This document shows, one piece after another, positions 1 through 8,784 of a stretch of 64,000 bases of DNA. Position numbers and translations under genes: made by a program. Within the stretch, counting starts at the first letter, position 1; each line of letters begins with the position of its first letter. The notes under the pieces were generated by a model that was given only the letters and a program-made list of their open reading frames with translations, ran no database searches and was not told the DNA's origin. Source of the DNA: Fibrobacteria bacterium (GTDB lineage Bacteria; Fibrobacterota; Fibrobacteria; UBA11236; JADFYW01); contig JBNKOC010000025.1 of the NCBI GenBank assembly GCA_050294405.1, forward strand, positions 64,001 through 128,000. The letters run 5' to 3'.

Positions 1-29
1 CGGGATATGCCTGAACAGTAAGGCGAATT

Positions 30-779
30 TTAAAGGAGTATTTTAAAACCAAGTCCCAGAAAAGGTGCGAACTGACGCAACAGTTTGTTTCCGTAATCTT
101 CTTGAGTGGGGAACAGTTCAAAGCGGTTGTATACATAAACAGGAAATTTTACTACGGCTTCTACTCCTAATTTTACTGGGCCATGAGTAAAATAAGTTTC
201 TCCAACTATGCCTGCGTGAAGGATGTTTAGATACATTTTTCCCTGCCAAGTGGTGCTGGGAGACTCTAAATCAGATTTAAAATCCGCTTTTTTAAAGCGG
301 CCTAAATCTTGCCATTCGTATACAATATTTTCAAAGGAAGCCACCCACCAAATTTTTTTCCTGGACTGTAAATCGTAAAATTTAATCCGGCCTTCATAGG
401 TTAAAATTTTTGTTTCGGAGGTGAAGTTATCTTCAAATTCGCAATTATCCATACATAATAAGCCACTTTGGTTTTGGTTATGGTATCCCATTCCCGCTGC
501 CAGGCTAAATTCAATGGGCTTATTATACTGAAAACCAATTTCAAGGCTATAGGGATTGCTGTGGCGAAAGGGTAAAACTTGCAAATGATTTTTACGGGCA
601 ATGTTGGGCAGAGAATTGGTGAGCATGGATTTTTTAAAGGTAAATTGGAGGGAGAAAATATCGGGTTTTTCTTCCCCATCCAAATCAATTTGCCCAAAGC
701 CGGGAGAGGCAAAAGCCATACACGCCCAAAATATCAGGGAAAATTTCGCCCAAAAAGAATGTCCCAAACCTATTTTCAT
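30..779 (-). CDS. Hypothetical exported protein, possibly an outer-membrane beta-barrel
   Basis: Signal-peptide-like N-terminus (FSLIFWACMAFASPGFG) and an alternating-hydrophobic C-terminal strand (APFLGLGFKILL). ATG 779 preferred to the track's TTG 809 because a candidate -10 (TATTAT/TATAAT) lies at 795-803. Confidence 0.5.
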   Translation of the reverse strand: MKIGLGHSFWAKFSLIFWACMAFASPGFGQIDLDGEEKPDIFSLQFTFKKSMLTNSLPNIARKNHLQVLPFRHSNPYSLEIGFQYNKPIEFSLAAGMGYHNQNQSGLLCMDNCEFEDNFTSETKILTYEGRIKFYDLQSRKKIWWVASFENIVYEWQDLGRFKKADFKSDLESPSTTWQGKMYLNILHAGIVGETYFTHGPVKLGVEAVVKFPVYVYNRFELFPTQEDYGNKLLRQFAPFLGLGFKILL

Positions 780-811
780 AATTTGCTTTAGGTAATTATA
801 ATACCTCAAAG

Positions 812-824
812 TGAACGCGGTTCA
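812..824. promoter_or_regulatory. Palindrome TGAAC-GCG-GTTCA, candidate operator in the divergent promoter region
   Basis: Perfect 5-bp arms with a 3-bp spacer; overlaps a candidate minus-strand -35 (TTGAAC-N16-TATTAT). Confidence 0.3.
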
Positions 825-921
825 AAACCGTTATTTTTATTAGTGTAAAAAAACCACAAGAAAGCTCGCTTTGTGCAGTTAAACTTTCACTTTTCCCCGC
901 ATTTTGATAATTTAAGCCTTT

Positions 922-1923
922 ATGAATATTTCAATTATCGGCTCAGGTGCCTGGGGTACCACAATTGGCAAAATTTTAGCGGAAAATGGCCTTTTTCCAA
1001 GAATTTGGTCTCATGATGTGCAAATTGCCAAAAATATTAATGAATCTCATGAAAATATTGCCCTTTTGCCGGGGATAAGCCTGCCCAGTCAGCTCAGCGC
1101 CAGTACGGATTTAACTGAGGTTTGTAAAAACAGCCAATTGGTAATTTTGGTGACGGCTTCTCAGTTTTATGAGGATATCTTAAACAAGTTAAAACCCTTA
1201 ATTGGGAACGATACATTTATTTTATCTGCCACTAAGGGACTTAGCGAGGGAAAAAACCTTCGTATGTCGCAATTGGTATTGGAAAAATTAGGCGGCAATT
1301 ACTCAAATAAAATTGCCGTGCTTTCCGGCCCCAATATTTCCAGCGAAATAGCCCGGCAAAAACCAGCCACTACAGTAATATCCTCGGCAAACCCTGAACT
1401 TTCCATTAAGCTTCAGCAATTGTTCAGCAATAAATATTTTAGGGTTTATACTAACAACGATGTATCTGGAACCGAGTGGGGCGGCACCTTAAAAAATATT
1501 TACGCTATTGCAGCAGGAATTATTGATGGCCTTGATTTAGGCAGTAACGCCAAGTCCGCTATTATGGTGAGGGGATTGGTGGAAATGATTCGTTTTGCCG
1601 AAAATTTTGGAGCCCGAAAAGAAACCCTTTATGGACTGGCGGGTATGGGCGATTTAATTACCACCTGTTCTTCCCAAATGAGTCGAAACCATTTTGTGGG
1701 AGAGTGTTTGGGAAAAGGCGAAAAACTCCAGGATATTTTAAAAAAAATGACTGCCGTATCCGAAGGTGTATCAACCTGCCAGCATGTATATCATCTTGCC
1801 CAAAAACATAAAATCGAAATGCCTGTGACCGAAAAAATATATCAGGTGTTGTTTGAGGATAAACCTGTGGATATGGCTATATCAGAGTTAATGTCCAGAG
1901 AAAGCAAATCTGAAACCATGTAA
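922..1923 (+). CDS. gpsA: NAD(P)H-dependent glycerol-3-phosphate dehydrogenase
   Basis: GSGAWGT Rossmann motif, ATKG, LSGPN, GGTLKN, GLAGMGDLITTC and SRN motifs. Confidence 0.96.
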   Translation: MNISIIGSGAWGTTIGKILAENGLFPRIWSHDVQIAKNINESHENIALLPGISLPSQLSASTDLTEVCKNSQLVILVTASQFYEDILNKLKPLIGNDTFILSATKGLSEGKNLRMSQLVLEKLGGNYSNKIAVLSGPNISSEIARQKPATTVISSANPELSIKLQQLFSNKYFRVYTNNDVSGTEWGGTLKNIYAIAAGIIDGLDLGSNAKSAIMVRGLVEMIRFAENFGARKETLYGLAGMGDLITTCSSQMSRNHFVGECLGKGEKLQDILKKMTAVSEGVSTCQHVYHLAQKHKIEMPVTEKIYQVLFEDKPVDMAISELMSRESKSETM

Positions 1924-1924
1924 C

Positions 1925-4255
1925 ATGGAAAAGGGTGCAGATTGCGGTTTTATTGTTTGGGCGGAACGGAAAGATTTAGACAACAAACATATCCAAAATT
2001 ATTATGCCAGAGGGTTGGACGGGACCCCTCTGGAAATTCGTATAGATTATTTTAAGCCTGTTTTTTTTGCAGTCCCTGACATTCCTGCCGAATGGACTCC
2101 CATTGAGGTTGATAGAAAACCCTCCAACTTAAAAACCATGGAAGAAAAACCGGTGGAAGCCTGGTATTTTCCCACAGAACAATCCTTAAAAAAAACCGCG
2201 CAGGATTTGAAAAAATCAGGTTTCCAGGTTTTTGAATCCGATATACATCCCTGCGATAGGTTTTTAATGGAGCGTTTTATTAGAGGCAGCTTTAGACTTA
2301 GTGGCTACTACATATGGGAAAACAATCGCAAAGTTTATTTAAACCCAAAAATGGAACCTGATTTTGCCAGCCCTGCCCTTAGCTTTTTTTCCCTGGACAT
2401 AGAAACCAATGGCCATAACAATCAGTTGTATTCCATTGCAGGCAGTTTTAAATCTTTTTGGAATAATAAGATAAGTGAAAAGGTTTTTATGCTGGATGAA
2501 GAAATCGAATCTTCGCAGAGTACCCAGGGCTCTACTGTTTATTGCGCTAGTGAAAAAATATTACTGAAATCTTTTTTGGAGTGGTTTCAGGAGTTGGATC
2601 CCGATATTATTATTGGTTGGCATGTTATTGGGTTTGATTTGCAATTGCTGCAGCAAAAATTCCATAAAAATAGGATGCCGTTTGCTCTGGGCAGGAATGG
2701 GCGAACGGCAAGGGTATACCAAAAGGAAAATGGCGATTTTGCCCATGTTCCGGGAAGAGTGGTTTTGGATGGCCCAGTATGCTTGCGCTCTTCTTTTTTT
2801 AGCTTTGAAGATTTTAAATTGAATACTGTGGCTGCGGAGTTACTGGGAGAAAAAAAGCTAATTGAAGAAGAGGATGAAGTAAAAATAAATTCCATTAACA
2901 AAATGTTTGTTGACGATAAACAAAGTTTGGCGGAATACAATCTTAAAGACTGCCAATTGGTGATGGGTATTTTTGAAAAAAGCAAGTTAATATCTCTTTT
3001 GTATAATCGTGTGCAGATTTCTGGCATGTTATTAGAAGCCATCGGCAAATCCAGTGCGGCTTTTGATTTTTTATATCTGCCAAAATTGCATCGACAAGGT
3101 TATGTGGCTTTAGATGTTGAAGATATCCCCAGGGGCGAGCATTCCGCGGGCGGCTTTGTGATGGAGCCCAAGGTAGGGCGTTATAAAAATGTATTGGTGC
3201 TTGATTTTAAAAGTTTGTACCCCTCCATAATAATGACCTTTAAAATCGATCCATTATCCAGATATATGGCTAATAACAACTCCCAGGAAACCCCAGTGGG
3301 AGTTCGTTATTCCTCTACAGAACATATTTTGCCGGATATTATTTCAGAAGCCATGGAATTGAGAAGCAAAGCCAAAACCGAGGGCAACCCCCAATTGTCT
3401 CAAGCCATTAAAATTTTAATGAACAGTTTTTACGGAGTGATGGGTAGCTATGGCTGCAGGTTTTATCACCCTGACTTGCCTTCCACAATTACCGGTACCG
3501 GAAGATGGCTCCTTAAAAATAGCGCCTACTATCTTGAAGACAAAGGCTATGATGTTATTTATGGGGACACGGATTCTCTTTTTGTGGTAAGCGGTAAAGA
3601 CAGTTGGGAAGAAGCTAATGTTTTGGGGAGGCAGTTGTCGGGGGAACTAACTGCTTATTGGGAAGAAAGGTTAAAGCGGGATTTTAATACCCGTTCCCAT
3701 TTGGAAATGGAATATGAAAAGCTGTTTTTGGATTTCCAGTTACCGGCCGGAAGGGTCCGGGAAGGTGGGGCTAAAAAGCGCTATGTGGGTATGTTGCACG
3801 GTAAGGATGGCCCTCAACTGCAATTTGTGGGAATGGAATCTGTCCGAACCGATTGGACGCCACTGGCTAAAAAATTTCAGCAAGAGTTGTATCATTTATT
3901 TTTTAATGACAAGGCTATAATTCCCTGGATGAGAGAATTTGTGGATCAAATATACCAGGGAAATTTTGATTCTTTGCTTGTTTATAAAAAAAGAATCCGG
4001 AAAAACCTGGAAGAATATGTGAAAAACATTCCGCCTCAAATTAAAGCCGCCCGGATGTTGGGAAAAAGCGTGCGAGAAGTGCAATATGTAATAACCCATT
4101 CCGGCCCGGTTCCCATACAACTAAGTCCCACTAATTTGGATTATGATCATTATGTACACCATCAAATTAAACCCATTGCAGATACGGTGTTGGAAATGAA
4201 TGGAGATAGTTTTGAGAATGCAGTATTAAATCGTCAACAGGCCCTTTTTGATTAA
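1925..4255 (+). CDS. polB: DNA polymerase II (family B)
   Basis: ExoI SLDIET, ExoII GWHVIGFDL, ExoIII YNLKDC; polymerase motifs DFKSLYPS, KILMNSFYG, YGDTDS; C-terminal clamp-binding-like QQALF. Confidence 0.95.
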   Translation: MEKGADCGFIVWAERKDLDNKHIQNYYARGLDGTPLEIRIDYFKPVFFAVPDIPAEWTPIEVDRKPSNLKTMEEKPVEAWYFPTEQSLKKTAQDLKKSGFQVFESDIHPCDRFLMERFIRGSFRLSGYYIWENNRKVYLNPKMEPDFASPALSFFSLDIETNGHNNQLYSIAGSFKSFWNNKISEKVFMLDEEIESSQSTQGSTVYCASEKILLKSFLEWFQELDPDIIIGWHVIGFDLQLLQQKFHKNRMPFALGRNGRTARVYQKENGDFAHVPGRVVLDGPVCLRSSFFSFEDFKLNTVAAELLGEKKLIEEEDEVKINSINKMFVDDKQSLAEYNLKDCQLVMGIFEKSKLISLLYNRVQISGMLLEAIGKSSAAFDFLYLPKLHRQGYVALDVEDIPRGEHSAGGFVMEPKVGRYKNVLVLDFKSLYPSIIMTFKIDPLSRYMANNNSQETPVGVRYSSTEHILPDIISEAMELRSKAKTEGNPQLSQAIKILMNSFYGVMGSYGCRFYHPDLPSTITGTGRWLLKNSAYYLEDKGYDVIYGDTDSLFVVSGKDSWEEANVLGRQLSGELTAYWEERLKRDFNTRSHLEMEYEKLFLDFQLPAGRVREGGAKKRYVGMLHGKDGPQLQFVGMESVRTDWTPLAKKFQQELYHLFFNDKAIIPWMREFVDQIYQGNFDSLLVYKKRIRKNLEEYVKNIPPQIKAARMLGKSVREVQYVITHSGPVPIQLSPTNLDYDHYVHHQIKPIADTVLEMNGDSFENAVLNRQQALFD

Positions 4256-4354
4256 AGGACCCCCTAAAAATGGACATTTCACAGCTCCTTCAAGCTCGAC
4301 AAGTTTATTCACAGGGCTCCTAGGTTCGGCCTTGCGAAATGTAATCTCTAATTT

Positions 4355-5248
4355 TTATTTCGAAACAAAAAGGACTGATTTAAAATCTGGATATTTAAAA
4401 CTAAAACCCACTTCTTCCAGATAACTGCTTTTAACCCGCAGGCTTTTTAGGAAGAGTTCCTCTCCCATTTCTCCCAATGCAAGTTTAATGGCAAAAGCGG
4501 GTACAGAAAAAAGGGTGGGTCTACTTACATATTTATTTAAGCTGCGGGTAAAGTCTTTATTGGTTACCGGGTTTGGGGCGGTTCCATTTATGATTCCACT
4601 GATTTTTTCATCCAGGGACCACTGCACTATTTGGCAGACATCCTCAATATGTATCCAGGGCATATACTGTTTTCCATTTCCAAAAGGAGATCCTAACCCC
4701 CATTTAAAAATTGTTTTCAGTTTTTTTAGCGCTCCTCCATTATGACTTAGAATCATTCCAAAACGAATTCGGGATACATTAATATTTTTTTTGGATAGGG
4801 CTGAGCTGGCATTTTCCCATTCCTGGCATAAATCGGGGAAAAAGCCGGTTCCCTTTTGGCTTTGTTCATCGATCCATCCCTCCTCCTGAGGCTCGTAATA
4901 TCCCACACCGGAAGCCCCGATAAAAACTTTGGGAGGGTTGCTTAGTTTTAATAGCGATTCCGTTAAAAAGGCGGTGGTTGACAAACGGCTTTCGCGCATG
5001 CGTTTTTTTTTGGGTTTAGTCCAAAGTCCCGAGCCTACATTATCTCCCGAAAGATGGATAAAGGCGAAGGCCCCTTCCAATTGTTTTAAATCAATTTGCT
5101 TTTGATAGGGTTCCCAGTGAATTTCCCTTGAGGATGTTTGTTGTTGCCTGACTAAAACATATATCTCGTACTGAGGATGTTGCTTAAAGTATTCGAGCAG
5201 GCTCTTTCCCACAAAGCCGCTGGCACCAGATATTATTATTTTTTTCAC
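4355..5248 (-). CDS. TIGR01777-family NAD-dependent epimerase/oxidoreductase (YfcH-like)
   Basis: ISGASGFVG, ASGVGYY, CQEWE, GNGKQYMPWIHIED and APNPVTN motifs. Confidence 0.92.
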   Translation of the reverse strand: MKKIIISGASGFVGKSLLEYFKQHPQYEIYVLVRQQQTSSREIHWEPYQKQIDLKQLEGAFAFIHLSGDNVGSGLWTKPKKKRMRESRLSTTAFLTESLLKLSNPPKVFIGASGVGYYEPQEEGWIDEQSQKGTGFFPDLCQEWENASSALSKKNINVSRIRFGMILSHNGGALKKLKTIFKWGLGSPFGNGKQYMPWIHIEDVCQIVQWSLDEKISGIINGTAPNPVTNKDFTRSLNKYVSRPTLFSVPAFAIKLALGEMGEELFLKSLRVKSSYLEEVGFSFKYPDFKSVLFVSK

Positions 5249-6591
5249 AAGTCTAACAAATTGCCCTGGTTGTCTGGCTCAATGAGCTCTGTGATTTCCC
5301 TGTTGGGCAATTCCTCCACTTTATTGAGTTTTCTTTCAATAGTTCGGGTTTTGGTGGTGGCGCTGGAAATGGTTTTGCTGGCTGTCTCCAGCTGTTTGTG
5401 TACCTTTTCCAGAATTCCTCCAAAATTGCCAAACTCCCTCTTTACTTCTCCTAATACCTTCCATACGTCGCTGGAGCGTTTTTGGATGGCTAAAGTTCTA
5501 AAACCCATTTGCAAAGAGTTAAGCAATGCGCCTAATGTGGTGGGTCCTGTGATTAGTATCCGGTTTTCCCGCTGGATTTTATCGCAAAGTCCCGGACGCC
5601 TGATAACCTCTGCATACAGGCCTTCTGTGGGCAAAAACAAAATACCAAAATCCGTTGTATAAGGAGGGTCGATGTATTTGTCCTGAATAGTTTTGGCCTC
5701 TGCCTTTATACGTTTTTCTAAGGCTTTGAGAGCTAGTTCAGCTGATTCAGGATCTGCTTTTTCCTGAGAGTCCAAAAGCCTTTGGTAATCTTCCTGAGGG
5801 AATTTGGCGTCAATGGGAAGCCAAACTAACTCCTCTAATTTTTCATCTTTACCGGGCAATTTAATGGCGAACTCTACCCGGTCATCGCTCCCCTTTTTCG
5901 TGCTAATATTGCTGGCATATTGATCGGGTGTAAGGATTTGCTCCAAAAGTCCGGCTAATTGTATTTCTCCCCAGGTTCCTCTGGCTTTTACGTTGGTAAG
6001 CACTTTTTTTAAATCGCCCACTCCGACTGCGAGCTTTTGCATATCTCCCAGACCTTTGTAAACAGACTCTAGTTGCTCTCGCACTAGCTTAAAAGATTCT
6101 CCCAACCTTTTTTCCAGAGTGGATTGGAGTTTTTCATCCACAATGGATCGCATTTCATCGAGCTTTTTCTGATTGCCTTCGCTTAGTTGCTGCAACTTTT
6201 CTTCCAGAGTTTTTCGATTTCCTTCCAAGCCTTCCTTATTGGTTTTAGTGAGGCTTTCCAATTCTCTTGAGAAACTTTCGAATTGGTTTTTTTGCTGATC
6301 TCCAATATCTCTCAATCTGTTGGAAAGTGATTCTCCTAATTCCTTTATGGATTTGGATACTTCTTCTCTCAACTGCATGAAGTTCTGGCTTAGTTCGTTT
6401 CGACTCTGACCCGCCTCTTCCCGGATTAATTTGTCCTGGCGTTCTTGGCCTTTTTCCAGTTGCTGGATGTTAGGCAAAAGTTTTTCTTCCACAGAGCTTG
6501 GAGTTTGCAACTTTTTTCCAAGAGAAAGATGTAAAAAAATTAATAGCACCAACAGCGCGATGGATAAGCAGGCCAGAACAATTAACAGCAT
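5245..6591 (-). CDS. rmuC: DNA recombination protein RmuC
   Basis: N-terminal TM plus coiled coil, RGTWGEIQL, LPIDAKFP, FLPTEGLYAE, GPTTLGALLNSLQMGF. Stop overlaps the next start (ATGA). Confidence 0.94.
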   Translation of the reverse strand: MLLIVLACLSIALLVLLIFLHLSLGKKLQTPSSVEEKLLPNIQQLEKGQERQDKLIREEAGQSRNELSQNFMQLREEVSKSIKELGESLSNRLRDIGDQQKNQFESFSRELESLTKTNKEGLEGNRKTLEEKLQQLSEGNQKKLDEMRSIVDEKLQSTLEKRLGESFKLVREQLESVYKGLGDMQKLAVGVGDLKKVLTNVKARGTWGEIQLAGLLEQILTPDQYASNISTKKGSDDRVEFAIKLPGKDEKLEELVWLPIDAKFPQEDYQRLLDSQEKADPESAELALKALEKRIKAEAKTIQDKYIDPPYTTDFGILFLPTEGLYAEVIRRPGLCDKIQRENRILITGPTTLGALLNSLQMGFRTLAIQKRSSDVWKVLGEVKREFGNFGGILEKVHKQLETASKTISSATTKTRTIERKLNKVEELPNREITELIEPDNQGNLLDL

Positions 6592-6740
6592 TAAAACCTC
6601 GTTTGGATATAATATCTACAAAATAAAAATTTATACCGGTCAAATTTTGTCCCATTAGTTACTGGAAGGCCCCTAAAATGGGCCAGATTTTCGATTACAA
6701 TTTGGATGAAGTTTATATCTTTTGCCTGGAAGGTGATTGG

Positions 6741-7202
6741 ATGGGATTGCAGAAAGACGAAATAATAGATCTTGCATCGCGTTATGTGGATGTGACTCGG
6801 GCCAATTTTCCTTATGAAAATGATTTGTTCTATTTTCTTATGCGGAAAGTTCCCGACAATAAGGTTTTAAAAGAAAACGAGGGTTGGCAGTTTACGGGTT
6901 ATGGACAGATTACCGAATATGTGCTCGATACCGAGGCCAAGCCTTTGGGAAAGTGGATATTTATGTATTATCTGGACTTTACCCGTTTTCCATTGGAAGA
7001 ACAATCTTTAAAATTGCAGCCACCTCACATTGTCAACGGCATGTTTCACAGTGCCGATAGAAGCTTTCAAATTAAAATGGTCAAATGTTTGCGACCTTCG
7101 GAGATTCCCGAAGATCACCAGCCTGCAGCCTTCGCTTCGGGCGAAAGCGGATCTTCGGAAGAGCCCGACAACATTATACCCTTTCCCAAGCGGGAACCGT
7201 AA
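6741..7202 (+). CDS. Hypothetical protein
   Basis: Protein-like composition; SD GGAAGGTGA before ATG 6741 (track start 6678); acidic tail ending NIIPFPKREP. Confidence 0.55.
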   Translation: MGLQKDEIIDLASRYVDVTRANFPYENDLFYFLMRKVPDNKVLKENEGWQFTGYGQITEYVLDTEAKPLGKWIFMYYLDFTRFPLEEQSLKLQPPHIVNGMFHSADRSFQIKMVKCLRPSEIPEDHQPAAFASGESGSSEEPDNIIPFPKREP

Positions 7203-7897
7203 AGGGCGCTGTAATCGTATAAAAATTGACTGGCCAATTTTATTTTGGCTGGCCCACGGAAAAAGAAGGCTCCATTTTTTCCGTGCACTCTGATTTTTCC
7301 ATCTCCTCCCCATTCTACCGCGGAATTTTCGGGTATGGCTAGTACGGATTTATTCTGTTCGCTGGAAAATTCTTTAATTTCGCTATCTTCCCGTTTGTGG
7401 TAATGGCAATGAATCGCCATGTTCCCGAACATTGCCAAGCCTTTGTAATGCCATTCCACAATGTTATCATCGGGATAACTTCCAAATTCTGCGGTTTGGG
7501 TGGATGAACCAAAAATAATGGCTCCTGCAGAATCGCCGAACACAGGTTTACCGGAAGAGATAAACTTTTTCAGAATTTTTTTAAAACCTGATAAATACAA
7601 GACTTTAGCCAGTAAAAAAGTGTTGCCCCCGCTAATGTATATTCCGCTGTATTGATTAACATCAAAATAATTTTTGCCATATAGGCTTACCCACATATCC
7701 AGATGTATGTTTTTATTTTTAGGGAGCTGGCTTTTTAAGCAACAAAAATTTTCAAAAAAATCGCCGGACTCATCGGCAATGGGAAGGTATAAAACTTTAG
7801 CGCCATAAGGAATCTGGGAAAAAAAGCTTTTTTCCAAATATCTGGAAATGGGCCCCTCGCCTCCACCGCCCATAAATATTTTCATCGCTGGCTGCAT
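7115..7897 (-). CDS. Peptidase S51 (dipeptidase E family)
   Basis: IFMGGGG start, ISGGNTF, nucleophile GDSAGA, HCHY and AIPENSA. Confidence 0.82.
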   Translation of the reverse strand: MQPAMKIFMGGGGEGPISRYLEKSFFSQIPYGAKVLYLPIADESGDFFENFCCLKSQLPKNKNIHLDMWVSLYGKNYFDVNQYSGIYISGGNTFLLAKVLYLSGFKKILKKFISSGKPVFGDSAGAIIFGSSTQTAEFGSYPDDNIVEWHYKGLAMFGNMAIHCHYHKREDSEIKEFSSEQNKSVLAIPENSAVEWGGDGKIRVHGKNGAFFFRGPAKIKLASQFLYDYSALYGSRLGKGIMLSGSSEDPLSPEAKAAGW

Positions 7898-8037
7898 CTT
7901 TAAAATTTAAGATTTCTTTGCCCTCCATGACAAGCAATTGCCTGATATTGTGAGAAAAATTTGGGGCTCATGTGGAATCCATACAACATAAGGTTGAATG
8001 GATTAGAGTTATTTTAGCTTATGTAAGGAATGGGTTT

Positions 8038-8784
8038 TTATTTTTTGGAGGATTCCAGCTTGGCTCCGCTTTTGATGAGGCCCAACAAAAAATCCAGTTC
8101 TTTTTGGTTGGGTTGCAAGCGCTGCCATAGGTTTCGCAGGTAGTTTAATTTAGCACCGGATTTATTGCCTTTGATTATTCCCTCATCCTTTAAAAAACCG
8201 GTGAAAAACTCCCAGCTAGCTTCTCTTTCTTCAAAAAGAGTGGGCTCTTTTTCTTTGGGACCTCTACTGGGCTTTTTTAGAGCCGCAGTGGAAAAGGGGT
8301 TGGAAGATAATATGCTATGGGCCCATATTTCATGGAGCGCAATTGCTACCGCATGGGAGAGGTTTAGGCTAAGATCGTTGTTGGGCAAATTTATTTTGAT
8401 AAGCTTATCCATGATTTCGCAATGCTCTCTGGATAGGCCTTGAGACTCGCAGCCAAAAACCAGAGCCACATTTAAATTAAAGTTGCTGGCCGGTAATATT
8501 TCTTCCATTTGATACAGCCTTTGGGAGGCTATTTCCCGGCGGCGCTTGGTAAATCCATAAGACAGGTGGTGGGGGCCTAAAGCTTCCTCCAGCGTTTTGC
8601 AATATATGGCCTTATCCAAAATTTCCGTGGCGGCGGTGCCTGTTTTGTAGGCTTTGCTTTTGGGAGTAAAGGGCGCTCTGCCTACAATGTATAGGGATTT
8701 GGCGTTAAAGCATTTCATAGTCCTTGCCACGAAACCCACATTTTCGGGGATTTCCGGCTCGACTAAAACTACCGAAATGCTCAT
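8038..8784 (-). CDS. SPOUT RNA methyltransferase, TrmJ/LasT family
   Basis: VVLVEPEIPENVGFVARTMK, ALVFGCESQGL, SLNLSHAVAI and a C-terminal helical extension. Confidence 0.85.
   Translation of the reverse strand: MSISVVLVEPEIPENVGFVARTMKCFNAKSLYIVGRAPFTPKSKAYKTGTAATEILDKAIYCKTLEEALGPHHLSYGFTKRRREIASQRLYQMEEILPASNFNLNVALVFGCESQGLSREHCEIMDKLIKINLPNNDLSLNLSHAVAIALHEIWAHSILSSNPFSTAALKKPSRGPKEKEPTLFEEREASWEFFTGFLKDEGIIKGNKSGAKLNYLRNLWQRLQPNQKELDFLLGLIKSGAKLESSKK

Noticed and set aside
864..878. Fibrobacter-type LexA box (TGCNC-N4-GTGCA)
   Set aside because: Only the right half GTGCA matches; the left half and the spacing do not.
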